A stretch of 64,000 bases of DNA from Candidatus Fimadaptatus faecigallinarum. Its GTDB lineage: Bacteria > Bacillota > Clostridia > Christensenellales > Aristaeellaceae. The DNA is taken from the NCBI GenBank assembly GCA_018714445.1, contig DVNK01000063.1, positions 5,976 to 69,975 of the forward strand, written 5' to 3'. The notes under the pieces were generated by a model. It saw nothing but the letters and a program-made list of their open reading frames with translations, searched no databases and was not told the origin of the DNA. Positions 10,142 through 19,202 of the stretch are shown piece after piece (position 1 is the first letter of the stretch; each line of letters begins with the position of its first letter). A program made the position numbers and the translations under genes.

Positions 10142-12529
10142 TCACTCGAAGCTCTGCTCGGTGCGCGCGATTATCTCGTCCTGAAGCGCGCGCGACAGAT
10201 TGCGGAAGTGATCCGAATACCCCGCGACGCGCACTATCAGATCCTTGTAATCATCCGGATTGCGCTGCGCCGCCAACAGCGTCTCGCGGTCTATGACGTT
10301 AAACTGTATATGATGGCCATCCAGGTCAAAGTACGCGCGTATCAGGTCGGCCATGTGATCCAGCCCTGCCTCGCCCTTGACCACCGACGGCGTGAACTTC
10401 TGATTCAGCAGCGTGCCGCCAGTCATAAGGTGATCCATCTTGGCTGCCGAACGTATAACCGCCGTCGGGCCGCACGAGTCCGAACCCTGCGTCGGCGATA
10501 TGCCTTCGCTCAGCGGCTTGCCAGCGCGCCGGCCATTGGGCGTAGCCTGCATGACCTCGCCGAAATACACGTGGCACGTCGTCGGCAGCATGTTCACCCG
10601 ATACATGCCGCCGCGCATGTTGGGCCGGCCGCTTATCATGCCCAGGTAGTCGTGGAACACCTGGCTCATTATGGAATCGGCATAGTCGTCGTCGTTGCCG
10701 TACTTGGGCGCGCGCGTCTTGAGCAGCGCCAGCAGCCAGTCCTCGCCCTCAAAGTCATGCTCCAGTGCGTTTACCAGCCGCTCCAGCGTCACGTCGCCGC
10801 GCTCGTAAACATACTTCTTAATTGCCGCGAGCGAGTCGGTTATCGTGCCTATGCCCACGCCCTGTATATAGCTGGTATTGTAGCGCGCGCCGCCCGCGTT
10901 GTAGTCGCGCCCGCGCGCTATGCAGTCATTGGTTATGACCGACAGGAACGGCACCGGCATGTACCGCGCATACAGCGACTCAATCACGTTCGAGCCGCGC
11001 ACCTTGATGTCAATGAAATGCTTCATCTGCGCAGTGAACGCCGCGTACAGCTTGTCATAGCTATCCAGTTCAGCGAGCGTGCCCGTGTGCGGGCCCAACT
11101 GCTTGCCGGTGCGCGGATCCACGCCGTCGTGCAACGCCAGCTCCAGCATCTTGGGTATGTTGAAGTAGCCCGTCAGTATGTACGCCTCATTGCCGAATGC
11201 GCCGGTCTCGACGCATCCGCTGGTGCCGCCCTTGCGCGCGTCCGCCAGGCTCTTGCCGGCGTTCATCAGCTCCGAGATGATCGACTCGGTGTTGTAGAAC
11301 GCGGGCTGGCCCCAGCCCTTGCGCGAGATCTCGCACGCGCGCTTGAGGAACCGCCGCGGCGTCTTGCGGCTGATCTGCACGTTCGACGACGGCTGAAGCA
11401 GCTTCATCTCGTCCATGCAGTCCAGTATCAGGTAGCTGACCGGATTGACGCCGTCCTCGCCATCGGGCGTTATGCCGCCGGTGTTGATGTTGGCAAAGTC
11501 GGTATACGTGCCGCTCTCCTTGAGCGTTACACCTACCTTGGGCGGCGCGGGCTGATCGTTGAACTTGACCCACAGGCACTCCAGCAGCTCCAGCGCATGC
11601 GCATCGTCGAGTATGCCCGCCTCGGTGTCGGCCTTGTAGAACGGGTTGAGATGCTGGTCAAAGCGCCCCGGACTGTACGCATCCCACGGATTCAGCTCGG
11701 TCGTAACGCACAGATGCACAAACCAGTACATCTGTATCGCCTGCCAGAACGTGCGCGGCTTATGCGCGGGCACGACGCGGCAGTTTTCGGCTATCTGCTC
11801 GAGTTCCTTGCGGCGCGCCGGGTCAGCGGTCTGCCTGGCCATTTCGTCCGCCAACTCAGCATAGCGGCTGCCCATGACCATTATCGCGTCGCAAGCTATG
11901 CGCATCGCGCGCAGTTCCTCGGCGCGCTGGGACGCGGTAGGATCGTTCATGTAGTCCAGTGCCGCCAGCGCTGCGTCTATGTCGGCCTGGTAATCCAGGA
12001 ATCCCTTTTCGTATATCTTGTTGGAACCGACGGTGTGGCCCGGGCCGCGCTGTTCCATGAATTCGGTGAATATGCCCGCCGCGTACGCTTCCTTCCACTC
12101 GTCGGTCATGGCGCCCAGCAGTCGCGTGCGCATCGAGCGCTCCTTCCAGAACGGTATGACCGTGTCGCGCTGGTAGTCGAGCGCAGCCTCATCGACCTTG
12201 AACGATATCAGTTCGCGGTCGTTCATTATGTGCATATCCTCCAGAGTGTGGCAGCACAGCTCCGGGAACGTCGGCGCGACCTGCGGGCCCTCCGACTTTT
12301 CGCCCACTATCAGCTCGCCTTCGCCTATGTACAGCTTGCGCTGACGCATGTACTCGTAGAGCGCCGTCGCGCGCAGTTCGGGCACCGACATCGTGCCCTC
12401 GTACTTTTTATACGTCTCGGTCTCTATGCGCGCGCGCTCTATGCTTATGCGCGGCTGAGTGTCCACGCTAACCCGGCGCAGCTTGCGCACGCGCTCGTTC
12501 ATGCCTCTTTCCTCCATTTGACCGTTCAT
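10142..12529 (-). CDS. hypD: glycyl radical enzyme of the dehydratase/lyase class; probable trans-4-hydroxy-L-proline dehydratase
   Basis: 795 aa with the C-terminal glycyl radical motif IVRVAGYSDHF and a catalytic Cys-x-Glu loop (GGTSGCVETG). From memory it resembles characterised HypD along its whole length. It lies directly downstream of its activase, overlapping it by 4 nt. The best RBS-supported start is ATG at 12502 (MNERVRKL). Confidence 0.85.
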   Translation of the reverse strand: MNGQMEERGMNERVRKLRRVSVDTQPRISIERARIETETYKKYEGTMSVPELRATALYEYMRQRKLYIGEGELIVGEKSEGPQVAPTFPELCCHTLEDMHIMNDRELISFKVDEAALDYQRDTVIPFWKERSMRTRLLGAMTDEWKEAYAAGIFTEFMEQRGPGHTVGSNKIYEKGFLDYQADIDAALAALDYMNDPTASQRAEELRAMRIACDAIMVMGSRYAELADEMARQTADPARRKELEQIAENCRVVPAHKPRTFWQAIQMYWFVHLCVTTELNPWDAYSPGRFDQHLNPFYKADTEAGILDDAHALELLECLWVKFNDQPAPPKVGVTLKESGTYTDFANINTGGITPDGEDGVNPVSYLILDCMDEMKLLQPSSNVQISRKTPRRFLKRACEISRKGWGQPAFYNTESIISELMNAGKSLADARKGGTSGCVETGAFGNEAYILTGYFNIPKMLELALHDGVDPRTGKQLGPHTGTLAELDSYDKLYAAFTAQMKHFIDIKVRGSNVIESLYARYMPVPFLSVITNDCIARGRDYNAGGARYNTSYIQGVGIGTITDSLAAIKKYVYERGDVTLERLVNALEHDFEGEDWLLALLKTRAPKYGNDDDYADSIMSQVFHDYLGMISGRPNMRGGMYRVNMLPTTCHVYFGEVMQATPNGRRAGKPLSEGISPTQGSDSCGPTAVIRSAAKMDHLMTGGTLLNQKFTPSVVKGEAGLDHMADLIRAYFDLDGHHIQFNVIDRETLLAAQRNPDDYKDLIVRVAGYSDHFRNLSRALQDEIIARTEQSFE

Positions 12530-13365
12530 CCTCCAATCCTGACATCAGCGAAGCCCGCCGCGCGCCATTGGCCGGCAAGCTCTTCCATATGCTCATTTGA
12601 TGGCACTGCAAACTCATGCGCCTGATGGCCTTCCAGCCGCTCGCACTTGTCGCTGCCCAATCGGTGATACGGCAACAGGCTCACACGCACTGCCTTGACG
12701 TTTGCGCGCGCAAATTCTATCATGGCGCGCACCTCATCCGGAGTGTCGTTCACGCCCGGTATCACCGGCACGCGTATGTTGATCCGCGCGCCCGCCGCAC
12801 TCAGCCGCTTCAGATTGTCCAGTATCAGCGCATTGTCCACGCCCGTATAGCGCGCGTGTACCTGCGGATCCATGGCCTTTATGTCGTACAGAAACGTATC
12901 CGCATACGGCATGATCCGCTCGAACGCGCTCCAAGGCGCCAGTCCGCATGTATCTATGTTTACCGATATGCCCTCGCGCGCCAACCGCCGGGCAAGCTCT
13001 GCGACATAGTACATGTCCTGAGCCATGACCTCGCCGCCCGACAGCGTAACGCCGCCGCCCGATACCTCATAGCACTGCCTGTCGCGCGTAAGCAACCGCA
13101 TGAGCTCAGCCAGCGTATACACGCGTCCCACCAGTTCCCGCGCGCCGCTGGGACAGGTATCCTCGGTCAGCTCGCCCTCCCGGCACCGGCCGCAGCCTAT
13201 GCACCGGTCCTTGTAGAACATCCACTCGCGCTCAAAGCGCTGCCCCTCAGGGTTGTGGCACCACTCGCAGCTCAGCGGGCAGCCCTTGAAGAACACCGTC
13301 GTACGTATGCCGTCGCCGTCATGCAGCGAAAAACGCTGCAGGTCTATCACCAGAGGCGTATCCAA
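12526..13365 (-). CDS. glycyl-radical enzyme activating protein (radical SAM)
   Basis: 279 aa with the CPLSCEWCHNPEG radical SAM cluster motif, an additional Cys-rich ferredoxin-like insert (CIGCGRCREG), and GGGVTLSGGE. TTG start after AAGAGGTGAAGG. Confidence 0.93.
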   Translation of the reverse strand: MDTPLVIDLQRFSLHDGDGIRTTVFFKGCPLSCEWCHNPEGQRFEREWMFYKDRCIGCGRCREGELTEDTCPSGARELVGRVYTLAELMRLLTRDRQCYEVSGGGVTLSGGEVMAQDMYYVAELARRLAREGISVNIDTCGLAPWSAFERIMPYADTFLYDIKAMDPQVHARYTGVDNALILDNLKRLSAAGARINIRVPVIPGVNDTPDEVRAMIEFARANVKAVRVSLLPYHRLGSDKCERLEGHQAHEFAVPSNEHMEELAGQWRAAGFADVRIGG

Positions 13366-13694
13366 TCGCCTTCACCTCTTGCTAATGTATGTCTGCATCA
13401 AATAGTATAATTCGCACGCGCCACTCTGTCAAGCAGCCCGCGCGCTATCAAAGCGACAACGTTTCGCCGCTTTACAGCGCGCCGTTCCCGGCGTTAAACG
13501 TTTGCCAACAGTTGCGCAACCTCCGTTTAACAGCCGTGCTTCCGGCATCGCTCAGCGCGCGCAATTGCCATTGCCTCGCCATTCTCATCGCCAATGCGGT
13601 TCCTGTATGATATACCTGCAACTGAACATTTGACACGGAGCCGATATCGTATATAATATAGTATATCAACCGGCCTGAGCCACAGGAGGTCAAC

Positions 13695-14834
13695 ATGCCG
13701 CCACTCTCACTTATGATAAAGCCCGTGTCCAGCATGTGCAACATGCGCTGCAAATACTGCTTCTACGCCGACGTGACCAGCCATCGCGAGACTAAATCAT
13801 ATGGCGTCATGTCAACAGATACGCTCGACAAGCTGGTGCGCCGTGCGTTCACTTACGCAGAGGGCAGCGTAAACTTCGCGTTCCAGGGCGGCGAGCCCAC
13901 GCTGGCCGGCATAGACTTTTTCCGACGCTTTGTCGAGCTTGAGCGCCGCTACAACTCGCGCCACATACAGGTCAACAACTCAATTCAAACCAACGCGTTC
14001 GAGCTGTCCGACGAGCTGATAGAACTGTTCCGGCAGCACCGCTTTCTGGTCGGCGTGTCGCTGGACGGCCCGGCGCAGATACACGACCTGATGCGCATAG
14101 ATGCGCGTGGAGCCGGCACGTACGCTACCGTGACCCGCAACATAGACCGCCTGCGCACTGCCGGCGTCGAGTATAACATACTCTGCGTCGTAAACGGCTA
14201 CATAGCCCGCGCGCCGCACGAGGTCTGGCGCGCGCTCGCACCGCACACATACCTGCAATTCATACCCTGTCTGGATGGCTTTGACGGGCAGACTCAGGAC
14301 TACTCGCTCAACGCGGCGGATTATCTGGGCTTTTTAAAGACCACGTTTGACCTGTACTACGAGGCGTACTTCCATCGCAAGTACGTTTCGGTGCGCACAT
14401 TCGACAACTACATAGGCATACTGCTGGGTCAAACGCCCGAAAACTGCGCAATGCAGGGCCGCTGTGGCGTGTATTATCTGATAGAAGGCGATGGCGGCGT
14501 ATATCCATGCGACTTCTACGTGCTGGACCGCTGGCGCATGGGCAATATCAATGCGTCCTCATTCCATGCGCTCTCGCGCAGTCCCATAGCCGACGAGTTC
14601 CGCACGCAGTCGCACTATACTTCACCCGAATGCACAGGCTGCAAATGGGCCGGGCTGTGTCGCGGCGGCTGCAAGCGGGACCGCGAGCCCATGATACCGG
14701 TGACCGATGCCGTAACCGGCGAGGTTCGCATGCGCCCAGGACTCAATCGCTTCTGCGAGGCGTTCAAGGAATTCTTTGAGTACAGTTATCCGCGCATGGA
14801 GGAGATCGCACGCGACATCGCCGCACGACGCTGA
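13695..14834 (+). CDS. radical SAM/SPASM maturase, anaerobic sulfatase-maturating enzyme-like
   Basis: 379 aa with the CNMRCKYCF radical SAM motif, GGEPTL, and a C-terminal SPASM cysteine cluster (CTGCKWAGLCRGGC). RBS AGGAGG. Confidence 0.88.
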   Translation: MPPLSLMIKPVSSMCNMRCKYCFYADVTSHRETKSYGVMSTDTLDKLVRRAFTYAEGSVNFAFQGGEPTLAGIDFFRRFVELERRYNSRHIQVNNSIQTNAFELSDELIELFRQHRFLVGVSLDGPAQIHDLMRIDARGAGTYATVTRNIDRLRTAGVEYNILCVVNGYIARAPHEVWRALAPHTYLQFIPCLDGFDGQTQDYSLNAADYLGFLKTTFDLYYEAYFHRKYVSVRTFDNYIGILLGQTPENCAMQGRCGVYYLIEGDGGVYPCDFYVLDRWRMGNINASSFHALSRSPIADEFRTQSHYTSPECTGCKWAGLCRGGCKRDREPMIPVTDAVTGEVRMRPGLNRFCEAFKEFFEYSYPRMEEIARDIAARR

Positions 14835-15071
14835 GCATGCTGCCAGTACCATGACAGCGTCCGCCATGTACGCCGGCTTTGGCGTTAACGCCGTTTCCAG
14901 CTTCGCGCAGTCGGCTTGTTTTTGCCAGAGGCGGCGCTTAAAAATGTACCGCATAATTTGGCGCAGGCGGCAATATCCCCTGCACAATAGCATTGCTTCA
15001 TGCATTTGCGGCCATGTTCCATGCATTCAGGGTTCTGCTCCATGCGATATATCCCGCTCGGCGCATGACCA

Positions 15072-15117
15072 AAAGACGCGCTCCACCTCGGCCATTACGG
15101 TCAAGGTGAAGCGCGTC
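15072..15117 (-). terminator. intrinsic terminator after the Mrp/NBP35 gene
   Basis: Minus-strand hairpin GACGCGCTTCACC ... GGTGGAGCGCGTC followed by TTTTGG. Confidence 0.55.
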
Positions 15118-15157
15118 CTCGCATTGCTTTACATGCCCTTTTGAACCGGCATTACGC

Positions 15158-15979
15158 TTACTTGGTGATCTCGTTCAGCATCGCGTCGAGCCAGTCGCCT
15201 TCGAACAGCTCTATCGCACCGCGGTCGCACGCTGCCGCAAGCTTGGGATTGATCGGCAACTGTGCGGTGCAGGTTATGCCATGGCGCGCCGCTATTTCGG
15301 CCAGATGGCTCTCGCCGAACGGGTATATGCGCTTGCCACAGTCCGGGCAGTCGATATACGACATGTTTTCAACCAGGCCCAGTACGGGTATGTTCATAAT
15401 CGCCGCCATGTTGGCCGCCTTTTCGACTATCATGCCAACCAGTTCCTGCGGCGAGGTCACGATTATCACGCCGTCAAGCGGCAGCGACTGGAACACCGTC
15501 AGCGGCACGTCGCCGGTTCCCGGAGGCATGTCTATGAACATTATGTCGCAGTCTCCCCACAGCACGTCCGTCCAGAACTGCTTTACGGTGCCCGCGATTA
15601 TCGGGCCGCGCCACACTACCGGATCGGTGTCGTTTTCCAGCAGCAGATTCAACGACATCGCCTTTATGCCGGTCTTGGTCTGAGCCGGGAATATGCCGTC
15701 TTCCGAACCATACGCCTTATCCTTAAGGCCGAACGCCTTGGGTATCGAGGGGCCGGTTATGTCGGCATCCAGCACCGCAGTCTCCAGTCCCATGCGCCGC
15801 GCGCCTACCGCCAGCAGCGCCGTAACCATCGACTTGCCCACGCCGCCCTTGCCGCTTACTACGCCTATTACCTTCTTTACATGCGTGCCCTTATGCGGCT
15901 CGGCAAGCAAGCTCTCGCTCTTGCGGCTAGAGCAGTCCAGCGAGCAGCTGGAGCAATCGTGTGAACAGTTTTCGCTCAT
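15158..15979 (-). CDS. Mrp/NBP35 family ATP-binding Fe-S cluster carrier
   Basis: Deviant Walker A SGKGGVGKS, a Cys-rich N-terminus (CSHDCSSCSLDC) and a CPDCG motif. Start refined to the ATG 8 nt after GGAGG (MSENCSH). Confidence 0.9.
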   Translation of the reverse strand: MSENCSHDCSSCSLDCSSRKSESLLAEPHKGTHVKKVIGVVSGKGGVGKSMVTALLAVGARRMGLETAVLDADITGPSIPKAFGLKDKAYGSEDGIFPAQTKTGIKAMSLNLLLENDTDPVVWRGPIIAGTVKQFWTDVLWGDCDIMFIDMPPGTGDVPLTVFQSLPLDGVIIVTSPQELVGMIVEKAANMAAIMNIPVLGLVENMSYIDCPDCGKRIYPFGESHLAEIAARHGITCTAQLPINPKLAAACDRGAIELFEGDWLDAMLNEITK

Positions 15980-16469
15980 CGAACTAACCTCCATGGTCAT
16001 TATTGGCAAAAGCCAGAAACACATTCATTATACGCCTATGCCGCAAAATTGCAAGCACTTATTGCGCCATTGACGGTTATTTCTTACAACCGCCGGCATA
16101 AAGGCGAACCCAATCCAAGCCGTGACCAGCGCGGTGCGCACCGACCACGGCACTGGCGACGCGCAGTTTGCACTCGGCCGCGTTTATCCGATGCCTTTGG
16201 CTGATCGTTCACTGAAGTCGCAGCCTGATCACGCACTGGCGCGGCGGTATTGTATAATCAAGCTCGGCGGCATCCGATGCTCAGACTCGACCACTCGGGC
16301 GCAATGACTCGGTGGCCCCGAATACTGGTTTCAACTGCCTCGCAATGCACCGGCTCAGCATTCTACCATGCGCTGACTCTGCGCGCTGGGCGCATTTGGG
16401 GCGCATGCTGGCTCGGCAGCATCACATGCTCAGACGCCTTGACACATACTGGTTTGGTGTCTTCGCACT

Positions 16470-16675
16470 CTCCGGCTCAGCCGCCTTGTACATGCCGGCT
16501 TAGTTGCCTCGCACTCTCCGGCTCAGCCGCCTTGCACATGCCGGCTTAGTTGCCTCGCATTCTCCAGCTCAGCCACCTTGCACATGCCGGCTTAGCTGGC
16601 TTGCATTCTCCGGCTCAGCCACCTTGCGCATGCCGGCTTAGTTGCCTCGCATTCTCCAGCTCAGCCGCCTCAGCA
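16470..16675. repeat. tandem repeat, 46-bp unit, about 4.5 copies
   Basis: Units at 16470, 16516, 16562, 16608 and a partial at 16654; consensus CTCCGGCTCAGCCGCCTTGCACATGCCGGCTTAGTTGCCTCGCATT. Degenerate copies extend upstream to about 16310. The period is not a multiple of 3. Confidence 0.9.
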
Positions 16676-16713
16676 CACGTCGCAATCTTCATGCTGTCTC
16701 CCCGGCGCACAAA

Positions 16714-16740
16714 GCAGCCCCGCGCGTTACACGGGGCTGC
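16714..16740 (-). terminator. candidate terminator after the fucosidase gene
   Basis: Hairpin GCAGCCCCG-9 nt-CGGGGCTGC followed on the minus strand by TTTGTG. Confidence 0.45.
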
Positions 16741-16769
16741 GCAATTTGCCTGTGTGCAAATATTGTAAC

Positions 16770-18092
16770 TCAGATCTTGCCTTCCGGCGAGTAGTCGCGC
16801 CCGCCGCTGAGCTGCGGATAATAGCTGAACGCGTGATAGCGCGGCTTCTTATCGAATATCAGCTCAAACAGCGCCACTCCTGCCGTTTTATCCGGCGTGC
16901 GCGCGGGCAGGTTCTTGAGCAGCAACCGCTGGCCGCGCAGTTCAAAATCAACATCCTGCGGTTGACCGTCTACGTACAACTTGACTGCGACCGGCGCATC
17001 CATGTATCCGCCCAAGCCCATCTCGCCCGCCTTGGGCCAGATCCAGTTCCACAGATACACATGCGTGCCGTCCCGGCTTATCGACGTGCCGCACACGCCA
17101 TTGCCGCCGCCCATCCATCCATCGCTTAGCCGGCCACCCTTGTCGCCGTACACCGCCGCGCCATGCTTTTCAAGCCACCGGCCCACCTGCTCCAGCGGCG
17201 CTATGGCATCCTTGGGCACTGAACCGTCCGGCTCCGGGCCGATGTTTAGCAGCAGATTGCCGCCGCCCGCCGTGCAGGTGTTGAGCATCTTGAGTATGCG
17301 CGGCGCGGTATACGCATGCGGCAGCGCCTGCTCGGCGTCCACATAGCCCCACGATATGTCGTTGAACGTCATGCACGCTTCCCAATCGCGGTCTTCGGCC
17401 TTTATGTGGCCTTCGGGCGTGCCGAAGTCCTCCGCCAGACAGCTGCGGTTGTTGATGATTATGTCGGGCTGCAACGCGCGCAGGCGCTGGTTGCGCTCCA
17501 GCGAATTCCAGCCTTCCCAGCTCTCCATTGGGCAGCTCACGTCGTACCAGAGTATGTCTATCTTGCCGTAATTGGTCAGCAGTTCGGTGTTCAGCGCCTC
17601 TATGTAGTCGGTGAACCGTTTGCGGGCCTCGCTGTCAAACGCACAGCGCCAGCCATCCGGATGATGCCAGTCCATCAGCGACGAATAGAAGCCTATCTTC
17701 AGGTCGAATTCGCGGCACGCGTCTACGAACTCGCGCACTATATCGCGATGCGGCCCATAGTTGACCGAGTTAAACGGGTTGGCCTTCGAATCCCACAGCG
17801 AAAAGCCCTCATGGTGGCGCGTAGTCAACACCATGTACTTCATGCCTGCGGCCTTGGCAAGCTTCGCCCACTCGCGCGGCGCACCCGGCTTGGGGTTGAA
17901 CGTATCGGCGAGCTTGGCATACTCGTCCACGGGTATGTTCTCAAGCGTCTGCACCCATTCGTTGCGCCCCAGCTGGGAATACAGGCCGAAGTGCACGAAC
18001 ATGCCAAACCTGGCCTTGCGCCACCAGTCCATGCGCGCGTCGCGCGTCTGTGCGATGTGCTCCTCGTACTCGCTCCTGGATAATATGCGCAT
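16770..18092 (-). CDS. alpha-L-fucosidase (GH29)
   Basis: 440 aa with the GH29 N-terminal signature (WWRKARFGMFVHFGLYS ... MKYMVLTTRHHEGFSLWDS). RBS AAGGAGG. Confidence 0.92.
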   Translation of the reverse strand: MRILSRSEYEEHIAQTRDARMDWWRKARFGMFVHFGLYSQLGRNEWVQTLENIPVDEYAKLADTFNPKPGAPREWAKLAKAAGMKYMVLTTRHHEGFSLWDSKANPFNSVNYGPHRDIVREFVDACREFDLKIGFYSSLMDWHHPDGWRCAFDSEARKRFTDYIEALNTELLTNYGKIDILWYDVSCPMESWEGWNSLERNQRLRALQPDIIINNRSCLAEDFGTPEGHIKAEDRDWEACMTFNDISWGYVDAEQALPHAYTAPRILKMLNTCTAGGGNLLLNIGPEPDGSVPKDAIAPLEQVGRWLEKHGAAVYGDKGGRLSDGWMGGGNGVCGTSISRDGTHVYLWNWIWPKAGEMGLGGYMDAPVAVKLYVDGQPQDVDFELRGQRLLLKNLPARTPDKTAGVALFELIFDKKPRYHAFSYYPQLSGGRDYSPEGKI

Positions 18093-18118
18093 ACTTACGC
18101 CTCCTTATGCCGCCGGTC

Positions 18119-19180
18119 TCAGCGGCGGCAGTACTTGCGATACGCTTCCTCGTATATCAGGCAGTTTTCAACGGGTGTATTGGCCGGTATGTGATTGCCC
18201 ACCGCCATTATGAATCCCGGACACGACTTGCCTATGTCCATGCAGCGCTTGACCTCAGCTTCTATCGCCTCGCGCGTGCCGGTCAGCAGTATGCGCGTAT
18301 CCGCATTGCCTATGAACGAATGCGTGCGCCCATATTTTTCGGCAATGTACGCCATGTCGGTGCAGGGCTCCATTACAAAACCGTTCACTCCAGTGTCGGC
18401 GATGTCGTCGATAAACTCGGTATAGTTGCCATCCGACGTATATATCAGTTTTTTGCCGCTGTCGAGTATCGGCCGGAAGTACTTCTTGTAATTCGGGAAC
18501 ACATATTTGCGGTACCATTCAGGATGCAAAAACGCGCCCGATGTCCACACTATGTCGTCGTGTATCATAACGCACGGCAGATCGGCCGCCGCCAGCGCGT
18601 CCATATACTGCTGCATCCACGAAGCATAGCGGTTGGCCACCTCGCCAAATCCCTGCGGATCTATGCCGGCCGCCATCAGCAGCATGTCCCAGCCGAATAT
18701 GTCGATAAGTCCGCTTATCAGCGTCGTATATATGCCGGTCATCGCCACCTCGTCGGGCAGATACTCGCGATTTGCGCGGTAATGCTCCTCGAACTGGCGC
18801 GTCACGTCGGCCTTGTCTATCTCGCCGTACTGCTTCCACGGATCGAAATCGAGCACCTGCTCGGGTTCCTCGAATGGGCAGTGTATGTCGTTATCGAAGT
18901 CGGCGCCGCCCTCGGCATAGTCGGCATGGCCCATAGTAGTATGATAGCCGCCGAATATCTGCCCGCTGAACAGCGTGCTCCAGTTGAAATCGAACGTCCA
19001 CGCCTTGCGCAACGCCTGAGTGGCGCGCCGACGCTCCTCGACGGGGCTGTGCTGAGTCACGTGTATACCCGTCACTCGCTCTATAAGGAGCCAATGGTAT
19101 TCCGCTATCGAATACTCAGTGCGCGGCACGCGCTCGGGCATCTCGAGGTTCAGCGCGGCCCGTCCGGTCGAGTAAGACAT
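18119..19180 (-). CDS. uroporphyrinogen decarboxylase (URO-D) family protein of unknown function
   Basis: 353 aa with URO-D-like TIM barrel features in the C-terminal half (MIHDDIVWTSG, SDGNYTEFIDDIADTGVNGF). RBS GGGGGAG. The family call rests on recognition only. Confidence 0.65.
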   Translation of the reverse strand: MSYSTGRAALNLEMPERVPRTEYSIAEYHWLLIERVTGIHVTQHSPVEERRRATQALRKAWTFDFNWSTLFSGQIFGGYHTTMGHADYAEGGADFDNDIHCPFEEPEQVLDFDPWKQYGEIDKADVTRQFEEHYRANREYLPDEVAMTGIYTTLISGLIDIFGWDMLLMAAGIDPQGFGEVANRYASWMQQYMDALAAADLPCVMIHDDIVWTSGAFLHPEWYRKYVFPNYKKYFRPILDSGKKLIYTSDGNYTEFIDDIADTGVNGFVMEPCTDMAYIAEKYGRTHSFIGNADTRILLTGTREAIEAEVKRCMDIGKSCPGFIMAVGNHIPANTPVENCLIYEEAYRKYCRR

Positions 19181-19202
19181 GTTGTCTCCCCCTAATAATT
19201 AC

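Noticed and set aside
10001-12625. 874-aa plus-strand ORF covering the whole glycyl radical enzyme locus
   Set aside because: It is antisense to a strongly conserved gene. The translation is Arg/Ala/His/Leu/Val-rich low complexity with no motifs. This is a typical high-GC shadow ORF.
14944-15144. 66-aa Cys-containing ORF (MYRIIWRRRQ...ASCICGHVPCIQGSAPCD...) downstream of the SPASM radical SAM gene, as a possible RiPP precursor
   Set aside because: The SD-like GAGG is 12 nt from the ATG. The ORF runs through the terminator hairpin of the convergent Mrp gene. Its composition is not gene-like, and the maturase looks like a standard anSME.
16470-16675. Possible CRISPR array (also considered for 49063..49216 and 61976..62173)
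   Set aside because: The units are directly abutting with no unique spacers, the periods are 46, 17 and 22 bp, and no cas genes are in the window. They are tandem minisatellites, not CRISPR.
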